A stretch of 64,000 nt of DNA from Candidatus Pacearchaeota archaeon (GTDB taxonomy: Archaea > Nanobdellota > Nanobdellia > Pacearchaeales > GW2011-AR1), in NCBI GenBank assembly GCA_038885615.1, contig JAVZZP010000002.1:698-64697 (forward strand), in the 5' to 3' direction. Numbering within the stretch: the first letter of the stretch is position 1; each line of letters opens with the position of its first letter. A program made the position numbers and the translations under genes. Of this stretch, positions 1 to 8,183 are shown piece by piece. The notes under the pieces were generated by a model that saw only the letters and a program-made list of their open reading frames with translations, ran no database searches and was not told the DNA's origin.

Positions 1-2
1 TT

Positions 3-1376
3 TTAAATGGTTTTATTGAGAGCAGTGGTAGTGGTGTTGTTTTGTCCAATGTTCAAAATTCCCTTGTCAGGAATGTCAGCTTTTCAGCTAACAGCGTCGG
101 GCTTAATTTGAGCGGTTCAAATAATTCTGTTGAGAATTCTAATTTCTTGAATAACGAGCTTGCTCTTTCTATGACTGGCAATAATCAGCTCCTTTTCTCT
201 AACTCTTTTGGAGAGATTAAATGGGTTGGCGACCTTGTTGTCGGCGGAAAAACTATGGTGAATAATTGTGAAGGCATGCCTTTCCCTGAGTGTTTTATAG
301 AAGTAACTAAATACTCAAGAATGGATAGTTCCACTATTTCAATAGGAAAGGGCAGCATAACAATAAGTTCTTTGCTTCTTAATGATAATCCTTCATTGAA
401 TTCGTCGGTTGTTGTGAAGTTCTACGATGCTTACAGAACTGGTTTTTCACCGAAATTCTTGGGAATGGGGGTTTCTGGAATAAGGTGCGACAATACGACA
501 AATCCTTCATGCTTCAACTCAACTTCGTTGATGGCTACGCCGGCGGTTTTCAACGCTTCTAATGTGGGAGATGGAAGAATCTCATTAGGTTTCATGCCTA
601 GATACAAGAAAGAGATTTCAGGCCATCAAGGTTGGAATTTGGTCGGGTTTTCTAATCCAGCTGTTAAGAGAGAGGAAAACTCTATTTATACTGATTTGGA
701 GATAAATCTTTCAAAAGGATGGAATATCGTGAATTATCCTGTTCCTAATGAAAGGAATTTCAGAGAAGTTGTTTTTATTGAGAATGCTAGCTTGGCGAAT
801 GCTTCAAGAGAGGGCAAAGTAAGGGGAGGGCTTGTTTATTACGGAAAAGCGGCCAATGAGAATGCTCCTTCTTTCAAGTTCGTCGGGGTGAGAAATTCAG
901 GCGAGAGCACTTTAAGAGAAAACAGGGGCTATTACATTTATGCAGAGGAAAACACAACATTAAAGCTTAAAGGAGTTGTCCCTGTCCAGCACGAAGCCGC
1001 AGTCAAAAACTACAAAGTCAAAATAGGCGACATCCACTTCATCAACAAGTCAAGCGGAGAGGTGAGAAATATAACGAGGGCGGTTGAGGTTTTGAATAAG
1101 AGTTTGTGTATACCTTCTAAGAATAATACTATTTCAAGAGAGGGAATGTGGTTTGGTTATGGTATTTGTTATTGCTTAATGAATAATCCCAACTTTTGTG
1201 GTTGGAGATATACAAATTCAACGATTTACTGGTGGGATGCTGCTGGCGGAAATCCAAAGAATGCTGACTTTCAAATGAAATCTTATGATAGATACACAGA
1301 TGAGTTAGATGCATCCAAAGGTGTTTTCGTGAAGTTTAATTATCCTGATTTAGCAATATTGCTTCCTGGCGAATAA
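3..1376 (+). CDS. Large surface/secreted protein, C-terminal part (5' end outside the window); beta-helix-like repeats and GWN-repeat domains
   Basis: The frame is open from base 3. Asn/Ser-rich NosD/pectin-lyase-like repeats (GLNLSGSNNSVENSNFLNN), two GWN motifs (GWNLVGF, KGWNIVNYP) and many N-x-S/T sequons. Confidence 0.6.
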   Translation, partial: LNGFIESSGSGVVLSNVQNSLVRNVSFSANSVGLNLSGSNNSVENSNFLNNELALSMTGNNQLLFSNSFGEIKWVGDLVVGGKTMVNNCEGMPFPECFIEVTKYSRMDSSTISIGKGSITISSLLLNDNPSLNSSVVVKFYDAYRTGFSPKFLGMGVSGIRCDNTTNPSCFNSTSLMATPAVFNASNVGDGRISLGFMPRYKKEISGHQGWNLVGFSNPAVKREENSIYTDLEINLSKGWNIVNYPVPNERNFREVVFIENASLANASREGKVRGGLVYYGKAANENAPSFKFVGVRNSGESTLRENRGYYIYAEENTTLKLKGVVPVQHEAAVKNYKVKIGDIHFINKSSGEVRNITRAVEVLNKSLCIPSKNNTISREGMWFGYGICYCLMNNPNFCGWRYTNSTIYWWDAAGGNPKNADFQMKSYDRYTDELDASKGVFVKFNYPDLAILLPGE

Positions 1377-1507
1377 GATTAAGTGTATTAATAGTGATGA
1401 CTTGTAGGCAAGATTATATTTTATGACTAAACTTCTTAAGATTTAAAGAAATAAAAAATAAAAAATTCGCGCGCGGCTTTTTGTTTTTAACTTCTTAATA
1501 GTAACAA

Positions 1508-1523
1508 CCGAAAAGTTTAAATA
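1508..1523 (+). promoter_or_regulatory. Archaeal BRE/TATA promoter of the PEP-CTERM gene
   Basis: CCGAAAAG-TTTAAATA about 22 nt upstream of the ATG at 1545. Confidence 0.6.
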
Positions 1524-1544
1524 CTTGTGTTTTTTTATTTATGT

Positions 1545-2279
1545 ATGGCAAAGAAAAACTTGAAGAGCATAATCGCAGCAGGATTAGTTGGTGCTTCTAG
1601 TTTATTTTTACCTACAAAAGTAAAAAGCGATTTAGTAGATGTTTTCTTATATGAACCTTCTAGGGAAGATGTAGGAGGTTCAATGATGACCTTGCGAAAT
1701 ATGGAAGGCGGGGAGTTGGGTTATGATGACATAGATGATCCTTTTTGGCCTGGAAGACCTCCTGGAAGTCCTGATGTTTGGTTAAGAGTTTATTCTGATC
1801 AATGGAAAGTTTATTATAATGAATCTTCTTTTCCACCAATTCGTGTTGATGCTCGTCCTTATTCTGGTCCGGATGCGAATCAGCCATTTCCGTTGAGGGC
1901 GGATGTTCAGGGATTAGGAGAGGGAGAGACAATCAGCGCGAACAATTGTTATTTCACTTTCCAAGCTCAAAATGGTTATGGGACAAATGGCGGTTATAGA
2001 GATGAGGGATTGAGAGATATCTACACTTGGACTTTAAGTTTAAATCCAACTTATGCTCAATTCACAGACGGAAGCTACACAAAGAGCGGAAGCTTTGATT
2101 TGAGACAAGGCCAAACATTCAATACACCTGCTTTTAACATTTATAATGTTCCTGGAAACACAAAATTTCTTGAATGGACTTTACAAGCAATACCAGAGCC
2201 ATCTACAATAAGCTTTATTGGTCTAGCTGGTGGAGCAGCTCTTTTAGGTAGAAGATTAAGAAGAAAAAAAGAAAAATAA
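1545..2279 (+). CDS. Secreted protein with a PEP-CTERM sorting signal
   Basis: Signal peptide MAKKNLKSIIAAGLVGASSLF. The C-terminus IPEPSTISFIGLAGGAALLGRRLRRKKEK has the PEP motif, TM helix and basic tail. Start moved to ATG 1545. Confidence 0.85.
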   Translation: MAKKNLKSIIAAGLVGASSLFLPTKVKSDLVDVFLYEPSREDVGGSMMTLRNMEGGELGYDDIDDPFWPGRPPGSPDVWLRVYSDQWKVYYNESSFPPIRVDARPYSGPDANQPFPLRADVQGLGEGETISANNCYFTFQAQNGYGTNGGYRDEGLRDIYTWTLSLNPTYAQFTDGSYTKSGSFDLRQGQTFNTPAFNIYNVPGNTKFLEWTLQAIPEPSTISFIGLAGGAALLGRRLRRKKEK

Positions 2280-2439
2280 AGAAGCCGGCAGGGTTAAAGT
2301 TAGAGAAAGCTTGGTTTTTGGGGTTTTTATAAGGGATTAGAGAAAATCTTAATTCTTTAAATTTTCAGGAAAATGAATTTTATTTTGCAGGAAAAAGATA
2401 GGATTTGAGAAATAGGGTTTGAAAAAGTTTTCTTCTTGT

Positions 2440-2778
2440 TTAATTCGTGGAAATTATTTTTACAAAAAATTCTATGGAAAGAATGAAAACTAGAATAACA
2501 GAAAAGAATAAGTTATTCAAACTATAACAATTAATTTTGTTGTTTATCTTCCTCAGAAATAAGTTTATTTTAATGATATTCCTTTTTCTTTTGCTTTTTT
2601 TTATTGTAGATTTCATAAGGAGCAGCATTAGCAACATCAGGCTATCTTGAAAGAGTATGCTCTGTATAAATCTTTCCTTTGAATAGCTTCCAAAACAATG
2701 TTTGCATAGAAGATTACATCTTGTTGTTAAATTTATGTAACAAGAATGGGGAGAAGCATAAACTTCTTTAGATATTTT
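2440..2778 (-). pseudogene. Radical SAM gene remnant
   Basis: The open frame reads SPHSCYINLTTRCNLLCKHCFGSY (CxxxCxxC at 2695-2718). There is no start codon (upstream TAG at 2779-2781) and the rest of the barrel is missing. Confidence 0.6.
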
Positions 2779-2913
2779 CTATGTTTTTGTATGATCAACC
2801 TTAAATCCTAGGAGAATCTAAATTAATTAATTTAATAAAGATAGTTAATATCATTTTCATATAATATAAATGCAAGAAGAAAATTCCTAGAAAGAGTTGT
2901 CTTTTTATTTTTA

Positions 2914-2984
2914 TGGACCTGCCGAGAATCGAACTCGGATCTTCTGACTGCCAGCCAGACGTTCTACCATTAGACCACAGGCCC
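2914..2984 (-). tRNA. tRNA-Ala(GGC)
   Basis: Cloverleaf with acceptor GGGCCTG/CAGGTCC carrying the G3:U70 Ala determinant, anticodon loop CT-GGC-AG and T arm CCGAG-TTCGATT-CTCGG. No intron and no encoded CCA. Confidence 0.95.
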
Positions 2985-3036
2985 ACTAGTTTTTTAAAAA
3001 AGAAATCTATAAAAAGCTTTCATTTGTTTAAACTTA

Positions 3037-3384
3037 ATGGAAAAGGACTGCATTTTCTGCAAGATTGCGAAAGGAGAAATAAAAAGCGATATTTTTTTTG
3101 AGAGTGATAATTTTATTGCCATAAAAGACATTCATCCTATCTCTCAAGGACACTCTTTAATAATCTCAAAAAAGCATTATGAAAATGTCCTGGATTTTCC
3201 AAATCTTCTTGGAAATGAGTTAATTAGTGTTATAAAAGAGGTTTTTTTCAAGCTTCAAAAAGAAACAAGCTGCGAGGGCTTTAATGTTGTGCAGAATAAT
3301 TTTTTAGCAGCAGGTCAAGTTATTAATCACATACATTTTCATATTATTCCAAGAAAGAAAAACGACGGAGTTAAACTTAATTAA
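3037..3384 (+). CDS. HIT family nucleotide hydrolase
   Basis: N-terminal DCIFCKI, GHSLII and the histidine triad HIHFHIIPR. Confidence 0.95.
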   Translation: MEKDCIFCKIAKGEIKSDIFFESDNFIAIKDIHPISQGHSLIISKKHYENVLDFPNLLGNELISVIKEVFFKLQKETSCEGFNVVQNNFLAAGQVINHIHFHIIPRKKNDGVKLN

Positions 3385-3713
3385 TGGACTTTAAAGAATA
3401 TCAGGAAAAAGCGAAAGAAACAGCAGTTTATCCTAAAACAGAACCTTCTTGGGTTTATCCTTTGCTTGGCTTGGCCGGAGAGAGCGGCGAGATTTTTGAA
3501 AAGTTAAAAAAAGTCATTCGCGACGAGAAAGGAAAAATTTCAGAGGAAAAAATTGAATTGCTAAAAAAAGAGATAGGAGATGTTTTGTGGTATTTAGCAA
3601 CACTTTCGACGGAACTCCGGCTTGATTTTAATGAAATAGCAGAAGAAAACATAAAAAAGCTTTTTTCAAGAAAAGAGAGAAATGTCCTTCATGGAAGCGG
3701 TGATTTAAGATAG
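3384..3713 (+). CDS. MazG-like NTP pyrophosphohydrolase
   Basis: LGLAGESGE...KEIGDVLWY motifs and C-terminal GSGD. Confidence 0.9.
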   Translation: MDFKEYQEKAKETAVYPKTEPSWVYPLLGLAGESGEIFEKLKKVIRDEKGKISEEKIELLKKEIGDVLWYLATLSTELRLDFNEIAEENIKKLFSRKERNVLHGSGDLR

Positions 3714-3716
3714 TTG

Positions 3717-4229
3717 ATGAGGGTTAATTTTCTAATAGATGAAGAAAAAAATGCTTTGAACATTTGGAAAGTTGAAAACTCAGATGAGAATTTTTTTAGA
3801 TGCTTTAAAAAAATCATGGAAGAATATAGAAGATGAATTCTTTTGCAGAGCAGATAAAATTTTCAATAAAAAACTAAACGAAAAATTTAATTGTTATTTA
3901 ACGACAATAGAAAGATGCTCTTACGATATTAAAGAAAATTATTTTTTTGTTTCTTTTTTTTATTCTTTACCGAAAGCACTTTTGTCAATTGGTCATGAAA
4001 TTTTTCATTTTTATTTTCACAGATTTTATTTTAAAGAATTAGAGAAGAAAATAGGAAAAGATAAAACAAACGACTTTAAAGAGGTCTTAGCGGTTTATTA
4101 AATTTGGAGTTTAATGATTTGTTTTTAATTGAGGATAAAGGTTATGAAAAGCATAAAGATTTAAGAGAGTTCATTAAGGAGAAATGGTTAAAGAGAAAAA
4201 GCTTTGATTTCTTAATAAGCAATCTTTAA
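3717..4229 (+). pseudogene. Frameshifted HExxH (zinc-peptidase-like) gene
   Basis: The ATG 3717 fragment (MRVNFLIDEEKNALNIWK) runs into frame 3772-4101 (GHEIFH...KEVL). After a missing T near 4094-4096 it continues as LNLEFNDLFLIEDKGYEKHKDLR to TAA 4229. Confidence 0.55.
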
Positions 4230-4253
4230 ATATCTCTTTTTCTCTATAATTAT

Positions 4254-4556
4254 ATGGAAGAAAAGCTTGTTCGTGATAAGGTTCCAGAGATTATTGAAAA
4301 AGAGGGAAAAAAAGCAGTTTTTAGAAAAGCCTCCGACGGGGAATATTGGACAATGCTTAAAGTGAAACTAAAAGAAGAAGTTGAGGATTTTTTAGCAAAC
4401 CCGATTGAAGAAGGGCTTGTTGATATTTATGAAGTTATGAATGCTATTTATGATTTTATGAATGTGAAGAAAGAAAACTTGAAAGAGCTCGCAGAGAAAA
4501 AAAGAGAGGAAAAAGGTTCTTTTAAGGAGAGAGTTGTTTTAAAGAAAGTTGAATAA
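4254..4556 (+). CDS. MazG-like / phosphoribosyl-ATP pyrophosphohydrolase-like protein
   Basis: KLVRDKVPEII N-terminus, KLKEEVEDF and C-terminal KREEKGSF. Confidence 0.85.
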   Translation: MEEKLVRDKVPEIIEKEGKKAVFRKASDGEYWTMLKVKLKEEVEDFLANPIEEGLVDIYEVMNAIYDFMNVKKENLKELAEKKREEKGSFKERVVLKKVE

Positions 4557-4590
4557 AAAACTTAATAAACACTTTTTCTTTTGATTTTTT

Positions 4591-6339
4591 ATGATAACTC
4601 GCAAAGATTTAATAAAAAAATATTTGGACTTTTTCAAGGAGAAAGGGCACAAGGAAGTGCAAAATGCTTCTTTAGTTCCTGAAAATGACCCTTCTGTGCT
4701 TTTCACTACGGCAGGAATGCATCCTTTAGTGCCTTTTTTGCTCGGCGAAAAACATCCTTCGGGAAAAAGAATTTGCAATGTTCAAAGATGTGTAAGAACA
4801 GGCGACATTGATTCTGTCGGGGATAGTTATCATCACACTTTTTTTGAAATGCTTGGAAATTGGAGTTTAAACGATTATTGGAAAGAAGAGGCAATAAAAA
4901 TGACTTTTGAATTTCATACAAAGATTTTGAAAATTCCTCTTGAAAGATATGCTGTTTCAGTGTTTAATGGGGACGAAATTGCCCCTCGGGACGAAGAAAC
5001 AATAAAAATCTGGAAAAAACTTGGAATTAAAGAAGAAAGAATTGCTTTGCTTGGAAGAAGTGATAATTGGTGGGAAACAGCAGGAGCAGGTCCTTGCGGG
5101 CCTTGTACAGAGCAGTTTTTTTACAAAGGAAAAAATCCTCCGGAAGTTTTTAATCCAGAAGATAAAAATTGGGTTGAAATTGGCAACGATGTTTTAATGG
5201 AATATGTTAAAGACAAAGAAGGAAACTACAAAAAATCTTCTTTAAAAAATATTGATTTTGGCGGAGGAGTTGAAAGAACACTTGCTGTCTTAAATGGTTT
5301 GGAAGACAATTATTTAACAGATTGCTTTTTGCCAATAATAAGAAAAATAGAGGAATTATCTGGAAAAGAATATGGAAAAAATGAAGAGGAAACAAGAGCA
5401 ATGAGAATTATTGCTGATCATTTGAAGGCAAGTGTTTTTATTCTTGGCGACGGAGTTTTGCCTAGCAATGTTGAAAGGGGTTATGTCTTGAGAAGATTAA
5501 TAAGAAGAGCAATAAGATTTGGAAGAAGTTTAGGAATAAAAGAATTCACAAAAAAAGTTGCTTTGGCAGTTTTTGATATTTACGACGACTATGGCATTCT
5601 GAACAAAAATAAAATTTTCATTTTGGACGAGCTTGAAAAGGAGGAAAAAAGATTTTTAGAGACATTGGAAAAAGGAATAAAAGAGTTTGAAAAAATAACA
5701 GAAAAATCAAAAGAAATTTCAGGAAAGGACTCTTTTTTGCTTTACCAAAGTTTTGGTTTTCCGTTGGAATTGACAAAAGAGTTGGCAAAAGAAAAAGGAA
5801 TTTCCGTTGATGAAAAAACTTTTTATGAAGAATTAAAAAAACACCAAGAATTAAGTAGGAGTTTGTCGGCAGGAGTTTTCAAGTCGGGGCTTGCAGATGA
5901 TTCGGAAAAAACAAAAAAATTGCATACGGCAACGCATTTGCTAAATGAAGCTTTAAGAGTTGTTTTAAACGACAGAAACATTTGTCAAAAAGGAAGCAAC
6001 ATAACTCCTGAAAGATTAAGATTTGATTTCAATTTTCCGAGAAAGCTTACAAGCGAAGAATTGAAAAAAGTTGAAGATTTAGTCAATAAAAAAATACAAG
6101 AAGGTCTTAAAGTTGATTTCAAAGAGATGTCTGTGGAAGAAGCTAAAAAAATAGGCGCCCAAGGAGTTTTTGAGTCAAAATATGGTGATAAAGTGAAGGT
6201 TTATTTTATAGGCGATTTTTCAAAAGAAATTTGCGCAGGACCACACGTTTCTAACACAAAAGAGCTTGGCAAGTTTAAAATTATTAAGGAAGAATCATCA
6301 AGTGCAGGAGTTAGAAGAATTAAGGCAGTTTTGGAGTAG
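4591..6339 (+). CDS. alaS: Alanine--tRNA ligase, short form lacking C-Ala
   Basis: DPSVLFTTAGM, HHTFFEMLGNWS, GPCGPC and editing motifs HTATH and EICAGPH; ends at GVRRIKA. Confidence 0.97.
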   Translation: MITRKDLIKKYLDFFKEKGHKEVQNASLVPENDPSVLFTTAGMHPLVPFLLGEKHPSGKRICNVQRCVRTGDIDSVGDSYHHTFFEMLGNWSLNDYWKEEAIKMTFEFHTKILKIPLERYAVSVFNGDEIAPRDEETIKIWKKLGIKEERIALLGRSDNWWETAGAGPCGPCTEQFFYKGKNPPEVFNPEDKNWVEIGNDVLMEYVKDKEGNYKKSSLKNIDFGGGVERTLAVLNGLEDNYLTDCFLPIIRKIEELSGKEYGKNEEETRAMRIIADHLKASVFILGDGVLPSNVERGYVLRRLIRRAIRFGRSLGIKEFTKKVALAVFDIYDDYGILNKNKIFILDELEKEEKRFLETLEKGIKEFEKITEKSKEISGKDSFLLYQSFGFPLELTKELAKEKGISVDEKTFYEELKKHQELSRSLSAGVFKSGLADDSEKTKKLHTATHLLNEALRVVLNDRNICQKGSNITPERLRFDFNFPRKLTSEELKKVEDLVNKKIQEGLKVDFKEMSVEEAKKIGAQGVFESKYGDKVKVYFIGDFSKEICAGPHVSNTKELGKFKIIKEESSSAGVRRIKAVLE

Positions 6340-6428
6340 AAGGTTTATTATATAGGAAATTTTTTCTTTATTAATCTTTTTTTATAAAACGACCTGTGTT
6401 AATAGTTTATTAAAATCTTTTTCAGCCC

Positions 6429-7226
6429 CTAATAAATAAACTTTCTTCTTAGAATTTCTCTATTAACCTGTTCTCTTTTCATAAAATTTTCTTTATTTTT
6501 CAGGAATTTTCTTACAAACCAATTCATTTTTCCAGGCTCTCCTGCTAATGCCCTAGCAAAATTTTTTATTTCTTCTGCTGCCTTGCTTTTTGGATCTTTT
6601 ATTATTAAAGGTTGTTTGTAGAAGATACATTCTATCATTTTCTTCTCTTCAGGAATTTTTGCAACAACAGGCAAGGATGAGGCCCATTCCACTTCTTCGC
6701 AACTCATTTCATAAGGAACATTTTTTGTTCTATTTATAATGATTCCTTCTATTGGTGTACCTTGAGATTTCGCTATTTGAGCAGCTTTTAAACTTGTTGC
6801 TAGAGTTACTTTGTCAGGCGTTGTCACGACAAAAATCATCTCAGAAGCAGCAACTATCGGAACCATCTCGGAATAATGAGGTGAAGAGTCAATAATAATA
6901 TAGTCATATTTATTTTTTATTTTTTCTATGATTCTTTTCAATCTAAAAATGTCTGTTTTATCGTAGTGATCTAGGGCTGCTGGAACAACATCAACTCCAT
7001 AACTCTCATAGACTGCTCTTTGAAAGCTTTCGCCTTTTAGAAGGTCTTGAAGAGAATTTTTATGGGTTAAATCCAGGTAAAGAGCAACATTCGGGGCGGA
7101 AATATTTCCGTCGATTAAAAGAACTCTTTTTCCAAAGTCGTTTGCTAAAGAAATAGCCACTTCCAGAGAGATGGTTGTTTTTCCTACCCCTCCTTTTACT
7201 GAAACAAAAGAAATTACTCTCGCCAT
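6429..7226 (-). CDS. MinD/ParA family ATPase
   Basis: Deviant Walker A KGGVGKTT, YDYIIIDSSP and GIIINR. Confidence 0.9.
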   Translation of the reverse strand: MARVISFVSVKGGVGKTTISLEVAISLANDFGKRVLLIDGNISAPNVALYLDLTHKNSLQDLLKGESFQRAVYESYGVDVVPAALDHYDKTDIFRLKRIIEKIKNKYDYIIIDSSPHYSEMVPIVAASEMIFVVTTPDKVTLATSLKAAQIAKSQGTPIEGIIINRTKNVPYEMSCEEVEWASSLPVVAKIPEEKKMIECIFYKQPLIIKDPKSKAAEEIKNFARALAGEPGKMNWFVRKFLKNKENFMKREQVNREILRRKFIY

Positions 7227-7289
7227 ATCACCTCTTTAAATAATTATTTTTTTGGCTTTTTAATGTTTTTGGTGAGTGTTTTTTTGATT

Positions 7290-7344
7290 AATCGCTGTTA
7301 GGCGCCCCGAACGAAGTGAGAGTGCAATGTGCCGACAACGAATT
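7290..7344. repeat. attC-like imperfect hairpin
   Basis: Arms AATCGCTGTTAGGCGC (7290-7305) and GTGCCGACAACGAATT (7329-7344). Contains GTTAGGC (GTTRRRY), is GC-rich against an AT-rich background, and lies just after the stop of 7377-7823. Confidence 0.55.
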
Positions 7345-7376
7345 GAGGGAGAGTTGCGGGTCTAGGATTTTTGCTA

Positions 7377-7823
7377 TTAACAACATCCTGCCAATATTTC
7401 ATCAATACAACCACCGCAGGATTTATTTTTATCTTCAATTGTCTGTAAAAATTCCTCACAAGAAACTTCTTTAAATTCTCCATCTTTTTTCAACTCAAAT
7501 TTATTTTGATATTTGCCACATATACTTGCTGAGTGAATTCCGAGACACGCTTGTTTTGTTTCTTTGGGAAATGAAAATCCGCTTATTAACTCATTTTTTT
7601 TATATTTTATTGAATCAAAATAGCAATGTTCACTAAAACCATCGAAACAATTACCAAAATATTCTATTTTGTCTTTTTCTTTGCATATGTCTTTTACGCT
7701 CTGTGATATACTTTGAGACCAGACACTTTTCTTTGAGTTGAAAGAAAAAATATATAGTCCTCCAATTACAACAATCAATAACAGGGTAATTATTAGAATT
7801 GTAATTTTGTTTTTTATATTCAT
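7377..7823 (-). CDS. Membrane-anchored Cys-rich hypothetical protein (putative gene cassette)
   Basis: N-terminal TM ITILIITLLLIVVIGGLYIF and many Cys, ending GCC. Start moved to ATG 7823. Confidence 0.65.
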   Translation of the reverse strand: MNIKNKITILIITLLLIVVIGGLYIFSFNSKKSVWSQSISQSVKDICKEKDKIEYFGNCFDGFSEHCYFDSIKYKKNELISGFSFPKETKQACLGIHSASICGKYQNKFELKKDGEFKEVSCEEFLQTIEDKNKSCGGCIDEILAGCC

Positions 7824-7874
7824 AATATACTTTAAGGAGGTTAATAAATGTTTGCAAAAATCCGTTAAAGCCAC

Positions 7875-7889
7875 GCAATTTCACTTAAC
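7875..7889 (-). mobile_element. Putative integron core recombination site (attI/attC junction)
   Basis: The minus strand reads GTTAAGTGAAATTGC (GTTRRRY) between the integrase remnant and the cassette gene. Confidence 0.45.
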
Positions 7890-7901
7890 CTCTATTACTT
7901 T

Positions 7902-7985
7902 TACTTTTTATCTGAATTAAAAAAATTAGAAAAAGAACTAAAAATAAGAAAATATTCTGAAAGAACAATTGAAAATACTTTATGA
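7902..7985 (+). pseudogene. Tyrosine recombinase (IntI/Xer-like) N-terminal remnant
   Basis: Translates as YFLSELKKLEKELKIRKYSERTIENTL*, matching the L-x-x-R-x-Y-S-x-R-T-I start of the integrase SAM-like domain. Confidence 0.55.
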
Positions 7986-8183
7986 ATAAACTACTAAAGT
8001 CAAAAAGCATAAAGAGTTTTTTCTAATATTAAGCTAGGCAGGAATCCTTTAAGAATAAACTATTTTGCTATAAATTTTAAAAAAGAATTTTATAAAAAAA
8101 ATTAGGCTTAGTGGTCAAAAAAACAAAAATATAAATACCTCTTGCGAACAACTATTTAAATAACCTATCAAAACTAATTTAAT

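Noticed and set aside
2801..3101. ORFs 2801-2986 (-) and 2913-3101 (+)
   Set aside because: Both are translations across the tRNA-Ala gene.
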